A stretch of DNA of 64,000 bases from NCBI GenBank assembly GCA_051294375.1, contig JBJCIZ010000028.1:1625479-1689478 (forward strand), in the 5' to 3' direction. The translations under genes and the position numbers were made by a program. Shown piece by piece: positions 34,322 to 45,021 of this stretch (positions within the stretch are counted from its first letter, which is position 1; each line of letters begins with the position of its first letter). Under the pieces are notes generated by a model, which saw only the letters and a program-made list of their open reading frames with translations, searched no databases and was not told the origin of the DNA. This stretch comes from Paraspadella gotoi. Lineage: Eukaryota > Animalia > Chaetognatha.

Positions 34322-37300
34322 GGAGGAGAGAGAGAGAGAGAGAGAGGATGAGAGAGAGAGGAGAGAGAGAGGGAGAGGAGAGAGATGAGGAGAGAGGAGA
34401 AGAGAGAAGAGAGAGAGAGAGAGAGGAGAGATGAGCAGGAGAGAGTGAGAGGAAAAGGGGAAGAGAAGGGAGCGAGAGAAGAGAGGAGAGAGGAGAGAGA
34501 GAGAGAGGAGAGAGAGGAGAGAGGAGAGAGAGAGAGACAGAGAGAGAGGGAGAGACGAGAGTAGAGGAGAGAGAGCAGGAGAGGGACGATGAGAGAGAGA
34601 AGAGAGAGAGAGGAGAGAGAGAGAGCAGAGGGAGAGTAGAGAGAAGAGAGACATAGAGTGAGAGAGAGAGAGTGAGAAATAGTCTCATCACAGGGATTAG
34701 AAACCGAAACCGGACGCTCTCGTAAAATATGGCCGCAAAAGTTAACAATTCCATTTTCCACTATCCTTTTGTTTTCCTCTCCAACAGACGAGACCGATTC
34801 CAAGCGCCATCTCACGACGGGAGAAAAAAGATCTCGTATCAGCGACTCCTTTTCCATCTCCGCCGATGACCACAACCGAAGCCTCCACGCCCACAACCGC
34901 GGGTTCCATTTCGCCCACGGCCTGACCCGCTCCCGCGGCCGAGTCCGACCCGAAGACGACGCCGCCGACGCCGCCGCTCCCTCGCTCGGATACGCGACGG
35001 CGCCGCCCCGGCTCTCCTTTTTCCACGGCGCTGCCGCGGCGGCGCCCCCCGACGCCGCGGAGCCGGGGACGACGGATTTTGCGGCGGCGGGGCAGATGAG
35101 GAGAACGATAGAGATGGAGAGGATGAAAGGAGGAGGAGGAGGAGGAGGAGGCAGGGTTAGTCGACCGCCGAAAGGTTTCACTCTTTTCAAGATGAAAATG
35201 GATCATTTCAAAAAAGTTTTGTGGAAAAAGATTAAGAGGAAGATTAGGAGGAGGAAGAGGAGCGGGAAGGAAGAGGAGGAGAACGAAGAGGTGAAATGAA
35301 TAAAGTTTTATGAATTATTTGAATTAATAAAGGAAATGAATAAAGTTTTATGAATTATTGGTATTATAAAGGAAATGAATAAAGTTTTATGAATTATTTG
35401 AATTAATAAAGGAAATGAATAAAGTTTTATGAATTATTTGTATTAATAAAGGAAATGAATAAAGTTTTATGAATTATTTGAATTAATAAAGGAAATGAAA
35501 ACAGTTTTATGAATTATTTGAATTAATAAAGGAAATGAATAAAGTTTTATGAATTATTTGAATTAATAAAGGAAATGAATAAAGTTTTATGAATTATTTG
35601 AATTAATAAAGGAAATGAATAAAGTTTTATGAATTATTGGAATTAAAAAGGAAATGAATAAAGTTTTATAAATTATTTGTATTAATAAAGGAAATGAAAT
35701 GAATAAAAAAAATTTAAGTATGAATGAATAAGTAAATTAATGAATGAATAACAAACTGAACGAATAACCTTAAATGTATTATCCCATTGCATCCTTTTTT
35801 TTTCTTCACCCCCTTTTCAAAAATTAGGATTTTAGGGATCCAGAATGGATTCCTCCTCTGCACGGATGGAAACCCTCGTGGAGCGAAGAAGGGAAAAAGC
35901 AAAAGCGACAGGAAAAGCGGATAATCAAGGCAAGTTGGTTACTGGCTCAGTTTTTTAATCCGTTGTTTTTTAAAAAAAGTTTTAAAATTGTTATTAAATT
36001 GGTACAACCAATATAAAAATTATCCATTCATTTAATAAATAAGCTATCTTGCCCCTGACTTGGGACAGGCTTTGGTGGTTTAAGGCCTCCATCACTCTTA
36101 CAAGATAATGACATAGCAGGTCCACGCTAGCATTCAATCAATATTCTTTCACAGTCTCGTTTATTCACTCCCATAGTTATTCCATCCGCAGGGCGTTTTG
36201 AAAACGTCCTTTCCTTCTTCCATTCCGTCGGCGCCGCTGCCGACCCCGTCGCCGCCCCTAGCTCCGGCTTCGTCCTCTGCAGTCGTCGCTGCGGATCCAG
36301 CGCCGAAGCCGCTTCTGCTGCTGCAGCCACAGCAGCAGCCGTCGTGTCGTCACATAGCCAATCAGACTTCGAGGTCGTCGACGCCGACTGAGGAAGAAGA
36401 TTTGGAGGCGGAGAAGAAATCGTTGGAGGAAAGATTGAATGAGATGTTGGAGTTTATTAGATCGTTGGAAGTTGAAGAAGAGAAGGAGGATGAGGTGAGG
36501 GAAGGAGAGGGAGAGGGAGGGAGAGAGACAGAGAGAGGGAGAGGGAGAGGGATGGAGAGAGACAGAGAGAGGGAGAGGGAAGGAGAGAGACAGAGAGACT
36601 TGGGTTCATTAAATCCCTGGAAGAGGAGGAGGAGGAGTAAGAAGTGATGGGTGGGAGATAAATGATTAATTCTCTTTTCTTTTATCTCTGTCTCACTCTC
36701 ACTTTTTGCTTGCAAATTAATTTTAGTAAAATATAACTCATAAATGTTTTTTGGATTTGAAAATTAGAACAAAACAACAACGGATTTTAATTATTTAATA
36801 ATATTTGTATTCTTTTTGAAAAGAATCCTTGTCAATTTAAAAATTTTGTATTTATTAAATCATTTTGTTTATTTTCTAATTAATATTTTATTAGTTGATG
36901 TTAATATTAGTAATCTCTTCCTATTTATTTTAGCAAATGTGCAATGTCTTTGAAAAGTCAACGCAGGCGCCACAAGAATCTGATTTTGGTAAATAAACAA
37001 TTAATAATATATTATCATCAATTTTTTATTATTAAGTACATAAGCTAACCCATCATCAATTGATCATTTTTTTGGTATCCAATATCCACAATAAACAGAA
37101 GAGAATCGGGATAAATTCACGTCAGATGTCGTGCTGAAACGATCTATCGCGAGTCAAACCCGCAATCGAAACAACACTGTCCAGATGAGAAGCCACGCCC
37201 ATGTAGAATCGCTTCATCGCGCCACTGCTACAGAATCCTTGAGCTGTGCCCCTCGAAAGGAACCACTCGGAACCCCTGTGGCACCGACAGGGCCTGCAGC

Positions 37301-40300
37301 GCTAGGCCATGCTCAACCTCCAGCGCCTGCAGCGCCAGGCCCTGCTCATCCTCCGGCCCCACAGAGTCGAGTCTCTCCATCAGATTTTCTCAGCGACTCC
37401 GTCTCAACGGAAGCCAAGTGCCGACCGTTTCCGCTCCGCAGAGAATTATCCACATCTTTGTCCGCTTCTCCATCCGCTTCTCAGTCCGCTTCTCAGTCCG
37501 CTTCCGTCGTTCTCTCCAGCGCCATCTGTCAAACGTCCGACATAGAGCGCGGCGGTGGGCTAAGAACGCCGATTCGATCGGCAGCTTCGTCGCCGTCACC
37601 GTTTCCGGTTTCTTCACTTCCGGCGACGTCGGCGGAATCCGCCTCCGAATCCACGCTCGTTTCCGGCGCTCGTCGGCTGAAAGATTGGAGCGAGAGTGGC
37701 GGCGCCGGTGGCGGTCGCGGCGCCGGACCTGGCGTCCATGAAAGCGAAGATCCTATCGGCGTGAGCAATGGTAAAATTAATGTTTTAATTAATAGGGAGA
37801 GAGAGAGAGAGACAGAGAGAGAGAAGGAGAGAGAGAGAGAGACAGAGAGAGAGAAAGAGAGAGAGAGTGAGAACGAGAGAGAGAGAGAGAGAGCGGTACC
37901 TTTTCTGTTAAATTGAAGGGAAAATCAAAATCAAATTTAAAATAATATAATTAGACGCTCATTCCTTCTGATCAGATAATTAGTTAATTAATAAATTAAA
38001 TAATTAATATTAATTTATTTGTGTCAATATCGTTTTCCACTTTGTCTTGCTTCTCACAAAACAATAATCACGATCACAAAATTAATAAATTAATTAATTA
38101 TAAAATAATAATTAATTAATTACTAATTTATCAATAATTAATTAATGCAGCTTGAATTTACATTTAATATAAGAAGAAAAAAGCACAATCTAATAGTAAA
38201 AGAAATTTTGTATTTTCTAAATTTTAACTCATTTTCACTAGAACGATTCCATCAAAACTTGATTTCCTGCTCAATCACACAATTCCCTACCCACATACAA
38301 AACTTCAAGTCAATCGCCTCATCCACTCATCAGTAATAAACGTTCAAATAGTGAAATAGATTTTTTGTTTTTTCCATTTTAACTCATTTCCACTTGGACG
38401 ATGACATCAAAACTTAATTATCTGCGAAATCACACAATTTCCTACAAAATTTCAAGTCATTCCTCCCATCTACTCATGAGTAATTGGTGTTTAAACGACG
38501 TTCGAGGTTTCAAAATTTGTTTATTTATCGAAGTTAAAAACAGACGAGGTTGTAAAAGCATTTCCAAATTGTTTGTAAACAATCCAAATAAACAATCAAA
38601 TTTCGATAAAAAGGTAAATAAATGGTCTTAAAACCGTTTCGACGTCGTAATCTTCGAGGCAACTGAAGAATTTACAAAATTCCAAATCAAACATTATCTA
38701 AAATAACCCAGATTGCCTCGGCCAACCCTTTTTCCTCCTTCTTCAATTATCCGTCGTCGCGACTCCCGATTGCCAATTTGGGAAACTTGAACTAAGATAT
38801 TTTCATTCCTAATCGTTGGACGTTGAGCCGTCTCCACCTACGGCGACGCTCGCCTCCGCCGATACAAATTTATTATAATTCTATATTCTGAGATGATGTA
38901 GATGTTTTACCGACAAATTTGTGGGGGTGGACTGACGGACCTACAAACTGGATTATAGAAAGTTTATAAAAAATTTATAAAAAGTAGACATAATAAGGAA
39001 ACTTTCAATTTTTTTCAAAAAATGTTCTCATAATTATACCCATATAAATTTTTTTGATCGAATGATCCCTAAAGACAAACATTAAAACTGTTACAGGATA
39101 CAGTTTAATTCGAATCTATTATTTTTATTTATATAAAGATAAGTTTCCATTTTTTTTTCTGGCAGAAAACAACTCTTCAATTCGACTCGATGGTCTTACA
39201 GAAGAAAAAAATTTCAACGCCATCGGTGAACATTGGTTTAGGAATAATTTTGTATATTTTGTTATTTTGTTTTATTATACCTTGCATTTTGTTTAATAAT
39301 TTTTTTTAACTTAAAACGTAAATGGGACTGACCGACGAATATATGGACAGAAAGACTGACCGACCTACGGACGCGAGTAAACTCGAATCACCTCCGCTCC
39401 CTCCTCCCAGATTCGGACGACCCGGGAGCTTCCCGCGTTCGATCCCTCATGCTCAAATACGATCGTCCGCCGACGCTGGATCAAGTCCTGCTCCGCCGGG
39501 CCTGGCGCGGCGCCTGGGGTCCCGTCCAGATCTGCGAGACCAGCCTGTGCCGCGGCCTCGACTGCGCCGGGTGCGAGCGCTGCAGCGGCGCCAGGGGCGC
39601 GGCGAGGTTCTGCTCGCGCTGCAGGGGAAAGGGGCAGCTGCCGGCGACTGTGCTGGAGGAATTCAACGTTTGCTTCGCCTGCGGGAAAGAAGAGATTTTG
39701 GAGGTGGGATGGATTTTGGGACGTATTTTCCATGACAGCCCCATTTTAGTTTTAAATTAGGAATTAAATTTTTGGTTTTTTTTTTAAATTTGATATCTGG
39801 GTTAAGGGTTAGGTTTAAAGATTATGGTGAGTGATTTAATAAGGGATTTGGGTAGCGTTTTTGGTTAGGGATCAGGATAGCGATTTAGTGAAGGATTTGG
39901 GTAAAGTTTTTGGTTAGGGATTAGGATAGCGATTTAGTGAAGGATTTGGGTAGAGTTTTTGGTTAGGGATGTGAGGAAATGAGGTTATGAATTAAGAGTG
40001 AAGGATTAAGTATTAAAGTTGAGAATTAAGATTAGGGTGTAGGTTAAGGATAAGGATAAGGATTAAGTATTGGATTAAATATTTTAATCCTGACCTGCTA
40101 TGTCATTATCTTGTAAGAGTGATGGAGGCCTTAAACCACCAAAGCCTGTCCAAAGTCAGGGGCAAGATAGCTTATTTATTAAATGAATGGATAATTTTTA
40201 TATTGGTTGTACCAATTTCATAAAGTTTGAAATTAAAATTAAAATAAAAGTTTTGGGATTTGGAAGAGAAATGAGGCGCTCTCGGAAAATAGTACCTATA

Positions 40301-40371
40301 TATTTATATATTTATTTTTTTATTTAGTTTTTTTTTTCTCTTTCCGGTCAATTTTTTTTCTTTCCTGATCT

Positions 40372-40452
<81 letters not shown>

Positions 40453-40552
40453 CCAGATCGGCGAGGCACTCTGTCTCGATTGTCGTCGCTTCGGCGTCGT
40501 CGTCGATCTCTCTCGTCGAACGTGTGACGCTTGCCGGTGGAAGCGGCATCGA

Positions 40553-40584
<32 letters not shown>

Positions 40585-40656
40585 AAAGAGGAAGACGTCA
40601 GAGGAGACGAAGGTTCCTTGTTGTTGTTGTCATTTGATGATGGCTCGGAGAGAGAG

Positions 40657-40714
<58 letters not shown>

Positions 40715-41600
40715 AGGCGAAAAATAAGGCGAGAGAGATACAGAAAGGGGAGAGAGATAGAGAGATAGAAAGAGAGAGGAAGAAAGAGAGAGAGACGTAA
40801 CAAAAAACAAACAAAAACAAAACAAAAAAAAAAAACAAAAAACAACATAGCAATACTTCTTTCTGTTTTGCGCTCATTTCCCCCACAAAATATAAATAAA
40901 TATATCCGTTGTTCTTTTGTCGATTTTAGTTTTCTCTTCCTCCCGCTAGGATCGACGACGGCGCGTGAAGAATCTTCCTCGAGCGATCGAGAGACCAGGT
41001 GAAGCGTTAATGACAAGAAAGTCGCATCTGATTCTCAAAACCATTATATACGATCTACTTCTCAACGTTATTCCTTTCAGTAACAGTCTATTAACAACTG
41101 CCAATAGCAATACTTCATAATATTTCATAATATTCATGTTGTTATTCTCTTTTTTTAGTTGAGCCGCGAGTACTCTCGGTGCAACTCTTTTAAGTCACTT
41201 TTTAGTCGCTCTGTCTGTCTGTCTGTCCGTCAGTCGGTCTGGTCCACATTCGTTTTGAATGCTCATAAGTCGGGTATGAAAGGGATGACATGACATGACA
41301 TGACATGACATGACATGTCCAAAAATTCCATACAGCATGATTCCTGAAATACAAAATCATTTTGTGTAATACTTGGCAGACTGATAAAGCATGAGTAAAT
41401 GTTTCTTGTTTCTATGTTGTATATTTATATATATACATTCATTGCGATGGTTAAAACAATTATTAAATACTTAATAATTAATATACTTATAAATTAAATA
41501 AATAAATAATAAATAAAATATAATTATTAATTCATTTATTAATAAATCTTCGAATTCCCTTCAGATATCCGACTTTTTTGGCGGCGCAGTTAAGAACGGG
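21897..41600 (+). CDS. Large multi-exon gene; low-complexity protein with an RVxF-like motif and a C-terminal CxxC cluster; product unknown
   Basis: Phase-consistent GT-AG chain 21897-22022, 22503-22837, 23009-23183, 23562-23995, 24444-24600, 24951-25095 (SVRFAD), 26037-. Tentative middle exons at ~26930-27190, ~30700-30850, 33100-33553, 34788-35290, 35838-35930 and 36192-36494. Second phase-consistent chain ..-37770, 39411-39703, 40457-40612, 40950-40998, 41565-. May be more than one gene. Confidence 0.55.
26140..26880 (+). repeat. Compound minisatellite: core GAGATTATCAATGCGGCGACGAGAGGTGGGAG plus GA-rich spacers, ~7 copies
   Basis: Cores near 26150, 26270, 26380, 26503, 26603, 26727 and 26847; a related core at ~30975. 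Confidence 0.8.
27841..28619 (-). mobile_element. Miniature non-autonomous LTR retrotransposon (TRIM) with tRNA-type Pol III boxes in its LTRs (Helenus/TRIMp3-like)
   Basis: On the - strand: 5' LTR 28619-28339 (TGTCTGG..CTCTTCA), 1-nt spacer, tRNA-Trp PBS 28337-28305, ~170-nt non-coding interior, PPT-like CCTGGGGCGGC (28147-28137), 3' LTR 28136-27841. A box TGGCTCAGTGG (28557-28547); B box GGTTCGGAAGCC (28516-28505) and GGTTGAGTCCC (28029-28019). TSD not resolved. Confidence 0.75.
28305..28337 (-). promoter_or_regulatory. Extended primer-binding site complementary to the 3' half of mature tRNA-Trp, including CCA
   Basis: + strand GGTTGCGTGTTCGGGATCACGTCGGGCTCACCA versus animal tRNA-Trp 3' end GGTTGCGTGTTC(A/G)AATCACGTCGGGGTCA-CCA, recalled from memory. 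Confidence 0.8.
31050..31335 (+). repeat. (AAATCCT/AAATCCTC)n short tandem repeat
   Basis: Directly visible tandem units. Confidence 0.9.
32045..33098 (+). repeat. ~16-bp minisatellite (TCGATCCACCAAGCAA), noisy
   Basis: Recurring ATCCACCAAGCA across ~1 kb, including an N gap. Confidence 0.9.
35293..35705 (+). repeat. 40-bp minisatellite, ~10 copies
   Basis: Unit GAAATGAATAAAGTTTTATGAATTATTTGAATTAATAAAG. Confidence 0.95.
35997..36180 (-). mobile_element. Repeat family A copy
   Basis: Reverse-complement match to 40092-40218 and to the GGGAGTGAATAAACGAGACTGTGA segment at ~11230. Confidence 0.8.
40092..40218 (+). mobile_element. Repeat family A copy (5'-truncated)
   Basis: GACCTGCTATGTCATTATCTTGTAAGAGTGATGGAGGCC...GGTTGTACCAATTT. 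Confidence 0.8.
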
Positions 41601-41744
41601 ATCGAGTCTGGCAAGCGTCGCCCTTCAGATGAGCGGGCAATCCATCAAGCTGCTTGGCTCCAAGAGGCCAGGTGAGCGGGCCAAAATCCATCGAGCTGCT
41701 TGGCTCTTAAGAGGCCAAATCGGAAGAGGAGGTTTTCGGATGCC

Positions 41745-41791
<47 letters not shown>

Positions 41792-42700
41792 GCTAATTAC
41801 TTCCAACGATGCCGCCAGCCAAGTCTACCGAATGAATTCTCACAAACTGAAAAACAACAAAAATAAAAATGGAATTGTTGTGAACTGAACTTAATATGAC
41901 TGCATTGCGAATCTCTCATTACGATAAAAACTTTTTGCAATCCTTATTATGAATGAATATACCAATTTTCTATTTTTTAATTTTACTATTACGCATTCGG
42001 AAGGATGATATGGCTTCAGAGAGTAAAAATGTAAAGATATGCCATACATTAAAGAAATGTAGTATTATGCCGATTGCAAGGGGGACACGTCTGGACCTGT
42101 TTTATTAATATTAATATTTATTTATTTATTTTTTATTTTTATTAACATTTTATGTCTTGATCAATGAACATAATCTCAACATCTTTTTTTGTATCGATCA
42201 ATGTCCAATTGTCCAATAGTAAATTGTCCATTTCCTGTATGACATCAAAACATAAAAAAAACCCACTGAAATAGACTTAATTTTCGTCTTTTTTGCTATT
42301 TCCTTACATTTTAAAACAAACAAAAAAAACAGCTCCAGTGTTTTTTGTTTTTTTTTCGGGGGGGGGGGACAAACATGAGCTTGAAAAATCGCGTTTTTTT
42401 CCCTGACAAAGAAGAAGAAGCCAGTTGGACTGACTGTCTGACTGTCTCACCTTTGTTCTCTTTTGTTTTAAAGTCGCGTTTCTCGGACAATCGAAACGAC
42501 GACGACGACAACGACGACGACGACGATAACGACGACGATATATTTGGTCAGTCAGTCCCTCCTCCATTGTTATGGGGCGTTTCAAATCTCAATTAAAAAA
42601 AAAATCTTCGATGGTAAAAATTGTTTTTTCTTCACGACTTCACTTCACAACGAAATTACGTGAATCGTCCAAACGAATTAACTTTTGACTTTTGTACAAA

Positions 42701-44050
42701 ATGGTTTTCGTTTACGAAGAAAATCATTTGGTTGCTTCGCGAGATGAATTAAATCATGAATCGGAGCTGAATCAACATTCATCGCCTCACGAAATGACTT
42801 TAAAAAATAAATCATGTTTTGACAAAAATGATGAAAAAGAAAAACCATTTAAATGTGAAATATGCCTAAAAGCTTTTTCACAGGTTAGCGAATTAAAAGT
42901 ACATCTTATCATACATACAAAAGAAAAACCCTATGAATGTGAAATCTGCCTAAAAAGGTTTTCAATCGCAGGCAGTTTAAAAATACATCTTATCACACAT
43001 ACAAAAGAAAAACCATTCAAATGTGAAATCTGCCTAAAATGTTTTTCATATAAAAATGTGCTAAAAAACCATTTAATTATTCATGTCAAAGAAAAACTAT
43101 ACAAATGTGATATTTGTCAGAAAGTTTTTTCATATAAAACTACGCTTAATAAGCATTATAAAGTTCATACCAAAGAAAAACCATTTAAATGTGAAGCATG
43201 TCAGAAAAGCTTTTCACGAGCCGGAAATCTAAAAACACATCAGCGAATTCATACAAAAGAGAAGCCATACCAGTGCGAATTTTGCCAAATGTGTTTTTCA
43301 CAGTCTTGTAATCTTAGGACGCATTATTTGACGCATACTAAAGAAAAGCCACATAAATGTGATATTTGCCAGATGTCGTTTTCACGAAAAGAGCATCTTG
43401 AGAAACATAATCTGACTCATTCAAAAAAAAGACCGCAAAAATGTCAAGTATACAAATGTGATATTTGTCTAAAATGTTTTTCAACATCTTCATACTTAAA
43501 ATTTCATTTTCTAACTCACACAAAAGAAAAACCATTTAAATGTGAAGAATGTCAGAAAAGCTTCTCACAGGCTGTAAATCTAAAAACACATCAGCGAATT
43601 CATACAAGAGAAAAACCATTTAAATGTGAAGTGTGTGAGAAAAGCTTCTCAGTGGGGGGAAGTCTAAAAACACATCAACGAATTCATACAAAAGAGAAAC
43701 CATACGAATGTGAAATTTGTAAAAAATGCTTTTCTCATAAACATACTCTTGATATGCATTTTCTAACTCATTCAAAAGAAAAACCATTTAAATGTGAAGT
43801 ATGCGGGAAAAGCTTCTCAGCTGGGGGAAGTCTAAAAAAACATCAACGAATTCATACAAAAGAGAAACCATATGAATGTGAAATTTGCCAAAAATGCTTT
43901 TCTCATAAACATACTCTTGATATGCATTTTCTAACTCATTCAAAAGAAAAACCATTTAAATGTGAAGTATGCGGGAAAAGCTTCTCAGTTGGGGGAAATC
44001 TAAAAAAACATCAACGAATTCATACAAAAGAGAAACCATACAAATGTTAA
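42701..44050 (+). CDS. Intronless tandem C2H2 zinc-finger protein (14 complete fingers, TKEKP linkers, no recognisable effector domain)
   Basis: ATG at 42701; repeated F/Y-x-C-x2-C-x3-F-x5-L-x2-H-x3-H; TAA falls inside a 15th finger (YKC*). Confidence 0.92.
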   Translation: MVFVYEENHLVASRDELNHESELNQHSSPHEMTLKNKSCFDKNDEKEKPFKCEICLKAFSQVSELKVHLIIHTKEKPYECEICLKRFSIAGSLKIHLITHTKEKPFKCEICLKCFSYKNVLKNHLIIHVKEKLYKCDICQKVFSYKTTLNKHYKVHTKEKPFKCEACQKSFSRAGNLKTHQRIHTKEKPYQCEFCQMCFSQSCNLRTHYLTHTKEKPHKCDICQMSFSRKEHLEKHNLTHSKKRPQKCQVYKCDICLKCFSTSSYLKFHFLTHTKEKPFKCEECQKSFSQAVNLKTHQRIHTREKPFKCEVCEKSFSVGGSLKTHQRIHTKEKPYECEICKKCFSHKHTLDMHFLTHSKEKPFKCEVCGKSFSAGGSLKKHQRIHTKEKPYECEICQKCFSHKHTLDMHFLTHSKEKPFKCEVCGKSFSVGGNLKKHQRIHTKEKPYKC

Positions 44051-44643
44051 ATCCCTCCAAGTATTTATTTATTTATTTATTTATTTTCTAACTCATACCA
44101 AAGAAAAATCATTTAAATGCGAAGTGTGCGAAAAAAGATTTTCACGAGCAGAAACTTTAAAAACACATCAACGAATTCGTACAATAGAGAACCCCTACCA
44201 GTGCGAATTTTGCCAAATGTGTTTTTCACATTCGAGTAGTCTTAGGAAACATTATATGACGCATACTAAAGAAAAGCCACATAAATGTGATACTTGCCAG
44301 AAGTCGTTTTCACGAAAAGAGCTTCTTAAAATACATAATCTGACTCATTCAAAAAAAAGACCGCATAAATGTGACATTTGTCAAAAATTCGTTTCAACAT
44401 CTACACACTTAAAAGGTCATTTTCTAACCATACAAATGAGAATTTTGTCAAAGGGGAATTTCAGAATCTTGAAAGCTAAAAAGAAGAAGCCATACAAATG
44501 TGAAATATGTTCCAAGTGCCTTTAAACATCTGGAGTCCTTAAACTTCATATGAAAACTCATACTAAGGAAAAACAATACAAATGTGAAATTTGTCAAAGA
44601 TGCTTTTCACAGTCTGTTAATCTCAAACTTCATTATTGAGCAC
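44051..44643 (+). pseudogene. Decayed continuation of the zinc-finger array (~6 further fingers)
   Basis: An (ATTT)n tract at ~44062-44086 replaces part of finger 15; then an H>R finger, a TAA at 44523, and a last finger (NLKLHY*A|HTK) split by the hAT insertion and resuming at ~48505. Confidence 0.8.
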
Positions 44644-45021
44644 TAGGGCGGATCGCTTAACGAATTAACCTTTGCCTGTCGAAATTTCTGACACTTATTA
44701 ATGCTTAGAAATATATATAAAAAAAATCTTCGATATATTATTAGATTCACTGTATATTTTAATTTTTATAATATTAATAATGATGCAGTCAACAGTAGAA
44801 TTTGAGAATCCGATGCCTGGATCGATTGCGTCTGACCTTCTCTAAGATCGAGCCAATAAGATGCGTCCTTAATTTTTCCTCATCCAATCAGAGACCGAGA
44901 TTTAATGAGATCGACGCTCTCTCTTTCAGCTGTGCGTCGGTCGGTGGTCAAGTAATACGATAAGATTTTCCGTCACAGATTTCTTAACATTTTTGACTTT
45001 ACTAGCTTTATTAAAATACAA

